From the IMG/VR virus record IMGVR_UViG_3300017707_000280, positions 1-34,458 of that record: a stretch of 34,458 nt of DNA, one strand, 5' to 3'. The notes under the pieces are model-generated. The model saw only the letters and a list, made by a program, of their open reading frames with translations, ran no database searches and was not told the DNA's origin. The translations under genes were made by a program, and so were the position numbers. Position 1 is the first letter of the stretch. Each line of letters starts with the position of its first letter. This stretch comes from a virus (Duplodnaviria > Caudoviricetes). Below, in pieces: positions 23,390 through 33,624 of this stretch.

Positions 23390-24648
23390 TGTCAGACCTA
23401 AACTTCAGTCTCCTCCCTTGGCAACAAGAAGTCTTTGCTGATAAAACAAGGTTTAAAGTCATTGCCGCTGGCAGACGTTGCGGTAAGTCTAGACTCTCAG
23501 CAATTACCCTGTTAATTGAGGGATTGCAATGTACTGCTGGCTCGGCTGTGCTGTATGTTGCGCCTACCAATGGTCAGGCAAGACAGATTATTTGGGATGT
23601 ATTGATGGAGTTGGGGCGTGAAGTCATTCAGGCAAGTCACATCAATAATATGGATATAACCCTGATAAACGGAGCAAAAATCTATGTTAGAGGTGCAGAT
23701 CGCCCAGATACTCTGCGAGGAGTGTCACTCACCTACGCTGTGCTTGACGAGGTTGCCGACATCAAACCAGAAGCATGGGAGCAAGTTATTCGAGCTTCGT
23801 TGTCAGACAAAAAAGGTCGGGCAATGTTTATCGGCACTCCCAAGGGTCGTAACTTTTTCTATGACATTTTTAGACTCGGAATGTCAGAAGAAGACTCAGA
23901 TTGGAAATCTTGGCATTTCACCACCAAAGATAACCCTCTGATCGACCCTACTGAAATCGAGAGCGCAAAGAAAACCCTATCTAGCTTTGCTTTCAAGCAA
24001 GAGTATATGGCTTCTTTCGACAATGCTGGTAGTGACGTTTTTAAAGAGGAGTGGCTGAAATATGGAGAAGAACCTGATTATGGCTCGTACTACATTGCTG
24101 TCGATTTGGCAGGGTTTGAAGAAGTGGCTAAACAAGCGGCTAATTCTAAGAAAAGACTAGACCAGACCGCAATTGCTGTGGTCAAGGTGACAGATGAAGG
24201 TAAGTGGTTTGTCAAAGAGATTGTCTATGGGCGTTGGGACATTCGGGAAACTGCGGCTACTATCTTGCTAAAGATGCGTGAATACCGTCCTTTGAGCATT
24301 GGAATTGAGAGGGGAGCGTTAAAAAACGCAGTTTTACCGTATTTGAGTGACTTAATGCGGAAAAATAATGTATATTCACACATAGTTGACTTGACGCATG
24401 GCAACAGGAAAAAGACTGACAGAATTATCTGGAGTCTCCAAGGAAGGTTTGAGCATGGGCGTATTGTGCTGAACTCTGAGGAAGATTGGGATGAATTCAA
24501 AGATCAACTCTTGATGTTCCCAGCCCAAGGTGTTCACGATGACCTACCCGATGCCCTATCTTATATTGACCAACTGGCTGTTACATCTTACTTTGAAGAT
24601 GCAGATGAAGATGAGTGGCAACCAATAGACATAATTTCGGGAGTGTAA
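23389..24648 (+). CDS. terL: Terminase large subunit
   Basis: Walker A GRRCGKS, Walker B VLDE, GTP coupling motif, RNase H-like VDLA and HDDLPD. Confidence 0.95.
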   Translation: MSDLNFSLLPWQQEVFADKTRFKVIAAGRRCGKSRLSAITLLIEGLQCTAGSAVLYVAPTNGQARQIIWDVLMELGREVIQASHINNMDITLINGAKIYVRGADRPDTLRGVSLTYAVLDEVADIKPEAWEQVIRASLSDKKGRAMFIGTPKGRNFFYDIFRLGMSEEDSDWKSWHFTTKDNPLIDPTEIESAKKTLSSFAFKQEYMASFDNAGSDVFKEEWLKYGEEPDYGSYYIAVDLAGFEEVAKQAANSKKRLDQTAIAVVKVTDEGKWFVKEIVYGRWDIRETAATILLKMREYRPLSIGIERGALKNAVLPYLSDLMRKNNVYSHIVDLTHGNRKKTDRIIWSLQGRFEHGRIVLNSEEDWDEFKDQLLMFPAQGVHDDLPDALSYIDQLAVTSYFEDADEDEWQPIDIISGV

Positions 24649-26724
24649 ATGGCAACAGATAAAGAAGTCAAACTAGAACAGAATGAATTTTATGAGCCTA
24701 CTGAGGCTGATAAAGAACTGACCGATTTCATCACTAGCCACTGCGACAAGTGGCGAGATTGGCGTGATGCTAACTACCTCCCCGCCTACCTAGAGTATGA
24801 GCGTATCTTCCGTGGTCAATGGGCATCTGAAGACAAGACAAGGGAATCAGAGCGTAGCCGTATCGTTACCCCTGCCACTCAACAAGCAGTTGAGACTCGT
24901 CACGCTGAGATCATGGAAGCTATCTTTGGTCAAGGTGACTTCTTTGACATTGAAGACAATATCCAAGATGTAAACGGTGTGGCTATTGATGTTGAGTTGA
25001 TTAAGGCTCAACTGACTGAAGACTTCAAGAAAGACAAAATCAGAAAAGCTATCGACCAGATCGAATTGATGGCTGAAATCTATGGCACAGGCATAGGTGA
25101 GATTATTGTCAAAACTGAAACAGAGTATGTTCCCTCAACTCGCCCTATCCCTAATCAGATGGGGCAAGCGGCAATTGGTGTGATGGAGAGAGACAGAATC
25201 TCTGTCAAGATCAATCCTATCAATCCTAAGAACTTTTTGTTCGACCCCAACGGTACTACGGTCGATGACTGTATGGGTGTGGCTATTGAGAAATATGTCT
25301 CAATACACAAGATTGTGCAAGGCATTGAGAAGGGTATCTACCGCAAGGTGGACATTGGAACTGCCAGTGAAGACACTGATCTTGAGCCTACCCAAGAGGT
25401 ATCACAGTACCAAGATGAGAAGGTATTGCTGTTGACCTATTACGGTCTTGTGCCTCGTGAGTACCTGAACAACTTAGAAGAAAACAAGGACATTGTTGAC
25501 TTGTTTCCTGAGAACTCAGCGGCTGAAGACTACACTGACATGGTAGAAGCCATTGTCGTGATTGCTAATGATGGAATGCTGTTAAAGGCTGAAGAAAATC
25601 CATACATGATGAAGGATAGGCCAGTTCTGTCTTATCAAGACGATACTGTTCCTAATCGTTTATTGGGTCGTGGCACAGTGGAAAAAGCATTCAATATGCA
25701 AAAAGCCATTGATGCACAGACTCGCAGTCACTTGGATTCACTGGCATTAAGCACTTCCCCCATGATTGCGATGGATGCAACTCGTTTGCCAAGGGGTATG
25801 AAGTTTGAGGTAAAGCCCGGAAAAGCTATTCTCACCAATGGCGCACCAAGCGAGATTCTTTATCCATTCAAGTTTGGTCAAACTGACCCAAACAACCTTG
25901 CAACTGCTAAAGACTTTGAGAGAATGTTGCTACAAGCGACAGGAACTCTAGACTCAAACGGTATGGTTAGCCAAGCTAGTCGTGATGGTGGCGGTATGTC
26001 GATGGCGGTTGCCTCTATCATCAAGAAATACAAGCGTACATTGGTGAATTTCCAAGAAGACTTTCTGATTCCATTCATCAAGAAGGCGGCGTTCAGGTTC
26101 ATGCAGTTTGACCCAGAGCGTTATCCCTCTGTAGACATGAATTTCATCCCAACTGCCACCTTGGGCATCATTGCTCGTGAGTATGAGCAACAGCAATTCA
26201 TTGGTTTGTTGCAGACTTTGGGTGCTGAGACTCCTGTTTTGCCTATTTTGCTCAAAGGAATCATTGGAAACAGCAGTTTGTCTAACCGAATGGAGTTGAT
26301 TGCTAAGTTGGATGAGATGATGCAACCAAATCCTGAAGCACAGCAGATGCAACAGATGCAACAGCAGTTGGCTATGCAAGCGGCACAGGCAAATATTGCA
26401 GTTCAGACTACCCAAGCTGAACAAAACAGGGCTGAAGCACAGAAATTGTCTGTTGAGGCGCAGTTAATGCCTCAAGAAGTACAAGCTAAGATGAGTGCAA
26501 GCCTGACTAAGAATCTTCCTAATCAAGATGATTTGGCTTCTAAGGAATTTGACAAGAGAGTTAAGATTGCTGAGTTGATGTTGAAAGAAGCTGACATCAA
26601 GAACAAGTCTAAGATTGTTGAACTGCAAATGGCAGAGAAAAACAACAAGATTTCAGGCATGGAATCTGACTTCCTTGACCAATTGACTAGAGAACTGAAT
26701 GCTGGACAGACAGGAATTCAATAA
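24649..26724 (+). CDS. Portal protein (P22-like, with C-terminal Gln-rich barrel)
   Basis: 691 aa directly after TerL; YGTGIG, NPKNFLFDP motifs; long helical Gln-rich tail. Confidence 0.85.
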   Translation: MATDKEVKLEQNEFYEPTEADKELTDFITSHCDKWRDWRDANYLPAYLEYERIFRGQWASEDKTRESERSRIVTPATQQAVETRHAEIMEAIFGQGDFFDIEDNIQDVNGVAIDVELIKAQLTEDFKKDKIRKAIDQIELMAEIYGTGIGEIIVKTETEYVPSTRPIPNQMGQAAIGVMERDRISVKINPINPKNFLFDPNGTTVDDCMGVAIEKYVSIHKIVQGIEKGIYRKVDIGTASEDTDLEPTQEVSQYQDEKVLLLTYYGLVPREYLNNLEENKDIVDLFPENSAAEDYTDMVEAIVVIANDGMLLKAEENPYMMKDRPVLSYQDDTVPNRLLGRGTVEKAFNMQKAIDAQTRSHLDSLALSTSPMIAMDATRLPRGMKFEVKPGKAILTNGAPSEILYPFKFGQTDPNNLATAKDFERMLLQATGTLDSNGMVSQASRDGGGMSMAVASIIKKYKRTLVNFQEDFLIPFIKKAAFRFMQFDPERYPSVDMNFIPTATLGIIAREYEQQQFIGLLQTLGAETPVLPILLKGIIGNSSLSNRMELIAKLDEMMQPNPEAQQMQQMQQQLAMQAAQANIAVQTTQAEQNRAEAQKLSVEAQLMPQEVQAKMSASLTKNLPNQDDLASKEFDKRVKIAELMLKEADIKNKSKIVELQMAEKNNKISGMESDFLDQLTRELNAGQTGIQ

Positions 26725-28406
26725 TGGATATTGAAAATCTAGCCAAAGAGTTAATTCTCAAGAATATGACTCCTGAACAGCAGATGGCTGTACTGGAATC
26801 AGTGCGTCAGTCTGTTGCCAATGCCAAAGAAGTGCAAAAGAAGAAGATTGGCGAGAATGTTGACTTAGTTGTTCAGGCACTCAAGAAGATTGAAGCAGAT
26901 ATTCGTGATCGATTTGATGCAGTTGGCAATACCATTGAAAAGCGTGTTCTTTCTATCAAAGATGGTCGTGATGGTGCTAATGGTACAGATGGTCGTGATG
27001 GTAAAGATGGAAAAGCAGGTCGAGATGGCGCAAAGGGTGATAAAGGTGCTGATGGTCAAGCTGGTCGTGATGGTGAAAACGGTGTTGATGGCGTATCAGT
27101 AACCAATGCACACATCGATTTTGATGGTTCTTTAGTTATTAGCCTGTCTGATGGCAGAGAGTTGAATGTTGGTGAGGTTGTATCTCAAGACATTGCTGAA
27201 AAGATCAAAGTCATCAGCACAATGTCCACCAATGCGGCAATTGCTGTAAAGGAAGAAGGAACTACGCTTACCAATGGTGTTAAGAGCATTAATTTTGTTG
27301 GTACAGGCATTACAGCAACTACTTCAGGGGATGATGTAACAGTCACAGTGGCAAGTGGTTCTGGCACAGTCACAAGTGTGGCGGCTACGGCTGGTACTGG
27401 CATTAGCGTCACTGGTAGCCCAATTACTACCTCTGGAACTTTGACTATTACCAACACTGCACCAGATCAAACTGTTGCTTTAACCTCCGGTACTGGAATC
27501 AGTACATCAGGTACTTACCCTAATTTCACAATCACTAATACTGCGCCTGACCAAACAGTTGCCTTGACTGCGGGTACAGGTATTAGCACCAGTGGTACAT
27601 ACCCTAACTTCACAATTACCAATTCTGCGCCAGATCAGACTGTTGCTTTGACCCAAGGTGGCACTACAACAATCACTGGTACATACCCTAACTTCACCAT
27701 TTCCTCTGCTGACCAGTTTCAAGGAACGGTTACTTCTGTTACAGGTACTTCTCCTGTTGCATCAAGTGGCGGTGCTACTCCTGCTATTTCTCTTTCTGCT
27801 GGTTATGGAGATACGCTAAACCCTTATGCGTCTAAGACTGCAAACTATTTCCTAGCCGCACCTGATGGTACTGCTGGAGTTCCGACATTCAGGGCAGTTG
27901 TTGCCGCTGATATTCCTACACTGAACCAGAATACCACTGGTACTGCATCAAATGTTACTGGTACTGTAGCGATTGCCAATGGTGGCACAGGACAGACTAC
28001 TGCTAACACTGCATTCAATGCACTTGCGCCTAGTCAAACAAGCAATTCTGGTAAGTATTTGACAACCAATGGTACAAATACATCATGGGATACAGTGGTT
28101 TCGGGTGCAAGTATCAGCAACGATACAAGCACAGCAACCAATCTCTACCCACTGTTTGCAAATGCAACATCAGGTGTACCAACTACAATTTACACTGGTA
28201 ATGCCAAGTTGCTTTATAAGCCTAGCACTGGTGAGTTGCAGTCAACTGTTTTGGTAGCATCCAATGGCATTGTTGTGAACTCACAGACAATTTCTTCTGA
28301 CTACACAATTGCGGCTGGCAACAATGGAATGAGTGCAGGAACTGTATCTGTTAATTCTGGCATTACTGTCACAGTTTCAACTGGTTCAGTTTGGACTGTA
28401 ATTTAA
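26724..28406 (+). CDS. Tail fibre protein with collagen-like segment and Thr/Gly repeats
   Basis: 15 G-X-Y triplets, GTVTSV repeats, ANGGTG motif, three 28-aa repeats. Confidence 0.8.
   Translation: MDIENLAKELILKNMTPEQQMAVLESVRQSVANAKEVQKKKIGENVDLVVQALKKIEADIRDRFDAVGNTIEKRVLSIKDGRDGANGTDGRDGKDGKAGRDGAKGDKGADGQAGRDGENGVDGVSVTNAHIDFDGSLVISLSDGRELNVGEVVSQDIAEKIKVISTMSTNAAIAVKEEGTTLTNGVKSINFVGTGITATTSGDDVTVTVASGSGTVTSVAATAGTGISVTGSPITTSGTLTITNTAPDQTVALTSGTGISTSGTYPNFTITNTAPDQTVALTAGTGISTSGTYPNFTITNSAPDQTVALTQGGTTTITGTYPNFTISSADQFQGTVTSVTGTSPVASSGGATPAISLSAGYGDTLNPYASKTANYFLAAPDGTAGVPTFRAVVAADIPTLNQNTTGTASNVTGTVAIANGGTGQTTANTAFNALAPSQTSNSGKYLTTNGTNTSWDTVVSGASISNDTSTATNLYPLFANATSGVPTTIYTGNAKLLYKPSTGELQSTVLVASNGIVVNSQTISSDYTIAAGNNGMSAGTVSVNSGITVTVSTGSVWTVI
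26964..27098 (+). repeat. Collagen-like (Gly-X-Y)15 coding repeat
   Basis: GRD GAN GTD GRD GKD GKA GRD GAK GDK GAD GQA GRD GEN GVD GVS. Confidence 0.9.
27444..27695 (+). repeat. Three tandem 84-bp (28-aa) repeats TITNxAPDQTVALTxGxxxxxxGTYPNF
   Basis: Copies start at 27444, 27528, 27612. Confidence 0.9.
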
Positions 28407-28415
28407 AGGAAAGAA

Positions 28416-29051
28416 ATGTCTCTAGTAGCAATCTCAGGAAATGCAAGCGGTACTGGTACGCTGACCATTGCCGCACCTAATACAAACAGCAACTTCACGC
28501 TGACTCTGCCAGAGGCGACAACAACCATAGTTGGTACAAACGCAACTCAGACCCTGACAAATAAGACAATTCAAGGTGGTGCTATTACCTCTGGCACTGC
28601 TGTTGCCTCTACATCAGGTACAAGCATTGACTTTACTTCTATCCCATCATGGGTGAAGCGAATTACGGTGATGTTTGCTGGGGTAAGTACAAATGGAACT
28701 TCTAATTTTATGGTTCAACTAGGAACATCAGGAGGAATTCAAGCTACTGGTTATTCTTGTGGTGCATGGGGTGCTAATACAACTAATATAAATAACACAA
28801 CAGGATTTTTAGCGATTGCTTATACAGTAGCGGCTGGAACTTTGGATGGTAATTTAACACTAACTTGTTTAGATACTTCAACAGGACTTTGGACTTATAC
28901 AACGGCTATGTCAAGTTCTTTAAGTGGATATAACACTTTTGGCGCAGGCTCAAAAACACTTTCAGGCATATTAAATCAAATTAGGATTACCACCGTTACA
29001 GGAACAAACACATTCGATGCTGGAAACGTAAATATCATGTATGAAGGATAA
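28416..29051 (+). CDS. Tail fibre / receptor-binding module A
   Basis: TQTLTNKT motif, STSGTSIDFTSIPSWVKRIT domain; paralogue of 30515-31111. Confidence 0.7.
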   Translation: MSLVAISGNASGTGTLTIAAPNTNSNFTLTLPEATTTIVGTNATQTLTNKTIQGGAITSGTAVASTSGTSIDFTSIPSWVKRITVMFAGVSTNGTSNFMVQLGTSGGIQATGYSCGAWGANTTNINNTTGFLAIAYTVAAGTLDGNLTLTCLDTSTGLWTYTTAMSSSLSGYNTFGAGSKTLSGILNQIRITTVTGTNTFDAGNVNIMYEG

Positions 29052-29054
29052 AAA

Positions 29055-29252
29055 ATGACACACAGAATCGTAGTTAACGTAGAAACAGGCGTAACCACAC
29101 AAGTGGAGTACACCGCTGAAGAACAAGCAATCCATGATGCGGCAGTAGCGGCACAGCAAGCAGAGATAGAAGCTAAGGCACTTGCTGAAGCACAAGCATT
29201 GGCTGATGCACAGGCAACACAACCTACGCCAGAACAAAGCACAACACCATGA
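29055..29252 (+). CDS. Small fibre-associated protein/chaperone, copy 1
   Basis: Near-identical to 31115-31312; follows fibre gene. Confidence 0.7.
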   Translation: MTHRIVVNVETGVTTQVEYTAEEQAIHDAAVAAQQAEIEAKALAEAQALADAQATQPTPEQSTTP

Positions 29253-30367
29253 CCATAGCCATATCAGGAACAAATGGAATCACCCTTGATGGGCAGTTTA
29301 ATTCTGCGTCATCAATGGGCTTCAAGAACCGCATCATAAATTCCGCAATGGTGATTGACCAGAGGAATGCGGGGGCGAGTGTTACTCCTACAACTGATAA
29401 TACATATACACTTGATAGATATATAACAGCACTTTCTCAATCATCAAAATTTAGTGTTCAACAAAATGCTGGTTCTGTTACACCGCCAGCAGGATTTAAT
29501 AATTATCTTGGTGTTACATCTTTGTCTGCATATTCTGTTTTGGCTGGTGATTATTTTGCAATACAGCAACGCATAGAGGGTTTTAACACATTAGATTTCG
29601 GATGGGGTGCGGCTGGCGCATCAACTGTTACTTTGTCATTTTGGGTTCGTTCATCTTTGACAGGTACTTTTGGCGGTTGTCTTGCTAATAGTGCTTTTAA
29701 TAGAAGTTATCCATTCTCATACACAATTTCTTCCGCAAATACATGGGAACAAAAAACAATAACTGTTGCAGGTGACACATCAGGAACTTGGTTAAAAACA
29801 AACGGAATTGGAATTCGTGTTAATTTTGCTTTGGGGTATGGTGCAACATATGGAAATGGAACTGCTGGAGCGTGGGTTGGTAGCGACTTAGAATCAGTAA
29901 CAGGCGCAACATCAGTAGTCGGCACAAATGGCGCAACTTGGTATGTCACAGGCGTACAGCTAGAAAAAGGCAGTACCGCAACATCGTTTGATTACAGGCC
30001 GTATGGGACTGAGTTGGCTCTTTGTCAGCGGTACTTTGAAAAGTCATTTGATATAGGTACAGCGGTAGCGCAAAACTCAGGTACTTATAACGGAACGGCA
30101 GTGGCTTCATCTCCAGGCGCATTAAGTGGTATGACTTTTGGGGATACAAGATACAAAGTTAATAAAAGAAATGCGGCAACAGTCACTTTTTATAATCCAG
30201 TGGCGGCAAATGCTTTTGCAAGAGACCAAAATGGTGGAGTGAACTGTACAGCTACATCAGCATGGATGGCTGGTGAAAGTGCTTTTGGAATATCGGCATC
30301 TACCCCCGCTGGTTCTGGGGCAACAAACAGAATTGCTGTTCATTGGTCTGCTGATTCGGAGTTATGA
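29249..30367 (+). CDS. Tail fibre / carbohydrate-binding module B
   Basis: FKNRIIN..M.IDQRN, TLSFWV, GVQLEKGSTATSFDYRPYGTELALCQRYF motifs. Confidence 0.75.
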   Translation: MTIAISGTNGITLDGQFNSASSMGFKNRIINSAMVIDQRNAGASVTPTTDNTYTLDRYITALSQSSKFSVQQNAGSVTPPAGFNNYLGVTSLSAYSVLAGDYFAIQQRIEGFNTLDFGWGAAGASTVTLSFWVRSSLTGTFGGCLANSAFNRSYPFSYTISSANTWEQKTITVAGDTSGTWLKTNGIGIRVNFALGYGATYGNGTAGAWVGSDLESVTGATSVVGTNGATWYVTGVQLEKGSTATSFDYRPYGTELALCQRYFEKSFDIGTAVAQNSGTYNGTAVASSPGALSGMTFGDTRYKVNKRNAATVTFYNPVAANAFARDQNGGVNCTATSAWMAGESAFGISASTPAGSGATNRIAVHWSADSEL

Positions 30368-30368
30368 A

Positions 30369-30518
30369 ATGTACAAACTAACTGATTCTTCAAACATTGT
30401 TCAGCGTTTATCTGATAACGCATTTATCCCATTTGACACAAGCAATCGTGATTACCAAGCCTACCTAAAGTGGGTAGCAGAGGGCAATACACCATTGCCA
30501 GCAGAGGAACAACAATGA
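30369..30518 (+). CDS. Tail fibre assembly chaperone-like protein (49 aa)
   Basis: IPFDTSNRDYQAYLKWVAEGNTP motif; GGAG RBS. Confidence 0.7.
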   Translation: MYKLTDSSNIVQRLSDNAFIPFDTSNRDYQAYLKWVAEGNTPLPAEEQQ

Positions 30519-31111
30519 CAACTGTAATCAGTGGTACATCTGGGGTTACATTTCCAGCAGGGGGTGTAGGTAATCCCGCTGGCGATGTTGTTGGAACTTC
30601 TGACTCACAGACGCTAACCAATAAGATAATTCAAGGTGGTGCTATTACCAGAGGCACTGCTGTTGCATCAACCAGTGGAACATCTATTAGTTTTACTGCT
30701 TTACCTTCGTGGGTTAAGAGAATAACAATAATGTTTAGAAGCGTTAGCACTAGCGGAACGGGAAATCCTTTGTTTCAATTAGGAACTGGCTCTACAACTT
30801 ACACAACTTCAGGATATTTGGGTGCAGGTTCAACTCTTGATACTTCTACTGTAAGCACAGCAACTTTTACCGCAGGATTCGGATTAAATATTTCAAGCGC
30901 CGCAAATGTAATACATGGTTCAATTGTGATAACAAATATTGACTCAAATATTTGGGTTGCAAGTGGTGTATTTGCAAGATCAGATGCAAATACAACAACA
31001 ACTGGTGGCTCTATTAGTCTAGGTGCGGCTTTAACTGCTGTACGAGTAACCACATCAAATGGAACGGATACTTTCGATGCCGGTTCTGTAAATATCATAT
31101 ATGAGGGCTAA
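30515..31111 (+). CDS. Tail fibre / receptor-binding module A'
   Basis: GAGGA RBS; paralogue of 28416-29051. Confidence 0.7.
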   Translation: MTTVISGTSGVTFPAGGVGNPAGDVVGTSDSQTLTNKIIQGGAITRGTAVASTSGTSISFTALPSWVKRITIMFRSVSTSGTGNPLFQLGTGSTTYTTSGYLGAGSTLDTSTVSTATFTAGFGLNISSAANVIHGSIVITNIDSNIWVASGVFARSDANTTTTGGSISLGAALTAVRVTTSNGTDTFDAGSVNIIYEG

Positions 31112-31114
31112 ACT

Positions 31115-31312
31115 ATGACACACAGAATCGTAGTTAATGTAGAGACAGGCGTAACTACACAAGTTGAATACACGCCTGAAGAACAAGCAATCCATGATGC
31201 GGCAGTAGCGGCACAGCAAGCAGAGGCGGAAGCTAAGGCACTTGCTGATGCACAGGCATTGGCTGAAGCACAAGCGGCACAGCAAACAACAACTCAAAGC
31301 ACAACCCCATGA
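31115..31312 (+). CDS. Small fibre-associated protein/chaperone, copy 2
   Basis: Near-identical to 29055-29252. Confidence 0.7.
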   Translation: MTHRIVVNVETGVTTQVEYTPEEQAIHDAAVAAQQAEAEAKALADAQALAEAQAAQQTTTQSTTP

Positions 31313-31548
31313 CTCCAGAACTACAAAAGTATTACGAATCCCGCTTTGAGATGATGGGGATGGAAGGTTGGAAAGATTTAACTATAGATATTGACAATAT
31401 GATAGAGTCGCTCAATAATCTGAGCGTTATTCCTGATGAAAAGACCTTGATGTTCAAAAGAGGTGAACTTTCCATCTTGACTTGGCTGAAAACCTTGAAA
31501 GAGGTCAGCGAACGAGCCTACGAGGAATTAAATGAAAAGAATGTTTGA
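31309..31548 (+). CDS. Conserved small head-morphogenesis-region protein
   Basis: EGWKDL...FKRGEL motif typical of genes between portal and scaffold. Confidence 0.7.
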   Translation: MTPELQKYYESRFEMMGMEGWKDLTIDIDNMIESLNNLSVIPDEKTLMFKRGELSILTWLKTLKEVSERAYEELNEKNV

Positions 31549-31759
31549 TTTTGCCTGTGAAAATGGGCATAAAACTGAAAGACTTGTTGATTATGAGTTA
31601 ACAAGTTTTCGATGTGAGTGCGGAGAAACAGCCAACCGTACTCTATCTGCGCCTAACTTCAAGTTAGAAGGGTGGTCTGGTTCTTTTCCATCAGAGCATG
31701 GAAGGTTCGAGAAAAAACACCTAGATCAACTGAAGTGGGAGCAAAAGCACAACTCATAA
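31532..31759 (+). CDS. FmdB-like zinc-ribbon protein
   Basis: FDFACENGH...CECGETANRTLSAP; GAGGA RBS. Confidence 0.7.
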   Translation: MKRMFDFACENGHKTERLVDYELTSFRCECGETANRTLSAPNFKLEGWSGSFPSEHGRFEKKHLDQLKWEQKHNS

Positions 31760-31814
31760 GCAGAAATGCCGAGTTGAATGTCCTAGAACCGATAACGGCA
31801 GGAAAAGGAAGAAT

Positions 31815-32570
31815 ATGTTGATTGACAATGAAGATGAGTCGCTAAGTGAGTTAGATGCAGTTGAGCAAAAGAAGCAACTACCTGAAGTAGCACCCTTATC
31901 CGAGATGCCTGAGAAATACAGGCAGAAATCTTTGGAAGAAGTGGTCAAAATGCACCAAGAAGCTGAGAAGCTGATTGGAAAGCAAGCGCAGGAAGTTGGG
32001 GAAGTGCGAAAGCTGGCAGATGAACTTATAAAGCAAAACCTCTCCTCTAAACAACAACCTATTGAGCAAGAGCCAGAAGTAGATTTTTTTGAGAATCCAC
32101 AGGCGGCAGTTCGTAAGACTGTTGATAACCATCCCGATGTACTTGCGGCTAGACAAGCTGGTCAAGAGTTCAAAAAGATGCAGATTCAGCAAAAGCTGGC
32201 GCAAGAGCACCCTGATTTCGGTCAGATTGCTCAAGATGCAGACTTTGTGAATTGGGTGAAATCTTCACCTATTCGCCTTGGTTTGTATGCAAAAGCCGAT
32301 GGTGAGTTTGATTACGACAGTGCAAATGAATTGTTAAGCACCTATAAGCAGTTGCGAGGAATTAAGGCAAAACAGACTAATGAAGCAGGGGAAACTCAGC
32401 GCAAGTCAAACCTTAAAGCCGCAAGTGTTGATGTAGGTGGAAGTGGAGAATCTGGAAAAAGAGTCTATCGCAGGGCTGATCTAATTCGGCTGAAGATGAC
32501 TGACCCAGACCGTTATGAAGCGTTGAGCGGAGAAATCATGCAAGCGTATCAAGACGGACGGGTCAGATAA
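31815..32570 (+). CDS. Capsid scaffolding protein
   Basis: PEKYRQKS, acidic/coiled coil, C-terminal AYQDGRVR, directly upstream of capsid gene. Confidence 0.8.
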   Translation: MLIDNEDESLSELDAVEQKKQLPEVAPLSEMPEKYRQKSLEEVVKMHQEAEKLIGKQAQEVGEVRKLADELIKQNLSSKQQPIEQEPEVDFFENPQAAVRKTVDNHPDVLAARQAGQEFKKMQIQQKLAQEHPDFGQIAQDADFVNWVKSSPIRLGLYAKADGEFDYDSANELLSTYKQLRGIKAKQTNEAGETQRKSNLKAASVDVGGSGESGKRVYRRADLIRLKMTDPDRYEALSGEIMQAYQDGRVR

Positions 32571-32599
32571 TTTAACTTATCGTTTTTTGGAGATTTAAC

Positions 32600-33553
32600 A
32601 TGGCAACATCATTTTCCCCCAGTAATTCAGTTACTGTTACCACAGGCGCAACATTCATCCCAGAAATTTGGTCAGATGAAATCGTTGCGGCTTACAAGAA
32701 AAACCTCGTTTTAGCTAACTTGGTTATGAAGATGAACTTTAAAGGTAAGAAGGGTGATGTAGTTCACATCCCTGCACCTACCCGTGGTTCTGCTTCTGCT
32801 AAAGCCGCTGAAACAGCAGTCACTTTGATTGCCGCTACAGAGTCTGAAGTTCAAGTGTCTATCAATAAGCATTACGAATACAGCCGTTTGATTGAGGATA
32901 TTGTCGAAGCCCAAGCCTTGAACAGCTTGCGTAACTTCTATACCTCTGACGCTGGTTATGCCTTGGCTAAACAAGTCGATACTGACTTGGTTCAGTTGGG
33001 TCGTTCAACCAATGGCGGTGCTGGTACAAATGCTTATGCAACTGGTGCATTTATTGGTGGTGATGGTACATCTGCTTATGTTGCCGCAAGCAACAATGAG
33101 TCAGCATTGACCGATGCCGCTATTCGCCGCACTATTCAGCGTCTTGATGACACTGATACCCCAATGGATCAGCGTTTCTTCTTGATTCCTCCCTCAAGCC
33201 GCAACACATTGATGGGTTTGGCTCGTTACACTGAACAAGCCTTTGTTGGTGGTACAAACAGTACCATTCGCACAGGTGAGATCGGTAACTTGTATGGTAT
33301 CCCTGTGTTTGTCTCAAGCAATTGCGACACAGCATCAGGCTCTAACAATGCACGAGTTTGCTTGATGGGTCATAAAGACTCACTGGTTTTGGTTGAACAA
33401 GTGGCTATTCGCTCACAAGTTCAGTACCAACAGCCGTACCTTGCAACTTTGTACACAGCAGACACGCTGTATGGAGTGCAAATTCTGCGTTCAGCGGCAA
33501 GCACTGGTGCGGCTAAGTCTGCATCAATGTTCGCTTTGATCGTTCCAGCCTAA
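32600..33553 (+). CDS. Major capsid protein (HK97 fold)
   Basis: FIPEIWS, GDVVHIP, GYALAKQVD, GEIGNLYGIPVFVSSN, DTLYGV motifs; GGAG RBS. Confidence 0.9.
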   Translation: MATSFSPSNSVTVTTGATFIPEIWSDEIVAAYKKNLVLANLVMKMNFKGKKGDVVHIPAPTRGSASAKAAETAVTLIAATESEVQVSINKHYEYSRLIEDIVEAQALNSLRNFYTSDAGYALAKQVDTDLVQLGRSTNGGAGTNAYATGAFIGGDGTSAYVAASNNESALTDAAIRRTIQRLDDTDTPMDQRFFLIPPSSRNTLMGLARYTEQAFVGGTNSTIRTGEIGNLYGIPVFVSSNCDTASGSNNARVCLMGHKDSLVLVEQVAIRSQVQYQQPYLATLYTADTLYGVQILRSAASTGAAKSASMFALIVPA

Positions 33554-33561
33554 TTGCAGTT

Positions 33562-33602
33562 GTCCCTCCTATCTCTAGAAATAGGGGTAGGGGGACTTTT
33601 TT
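33562..33602 (+). terminator. Intrinsic terminator after capsid gene
   Basis: GTCCC...CCTAT/ATAGG...GGGAC stem followed by TTTTTT. Confidence 0.65.
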
Positions 33603-33624
33603 AACCTAATTAGGAGAAATCAAA

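Noticed and set aside
27444-27695. Tail-fibre repeats and duplicated fibre genes as a diversity-generating retroelement or invertible cassette
   Set aside because: No reverse transcriptase or invertase; differences between copies are mostly synonymous and not adenine-specific; repeats are direct
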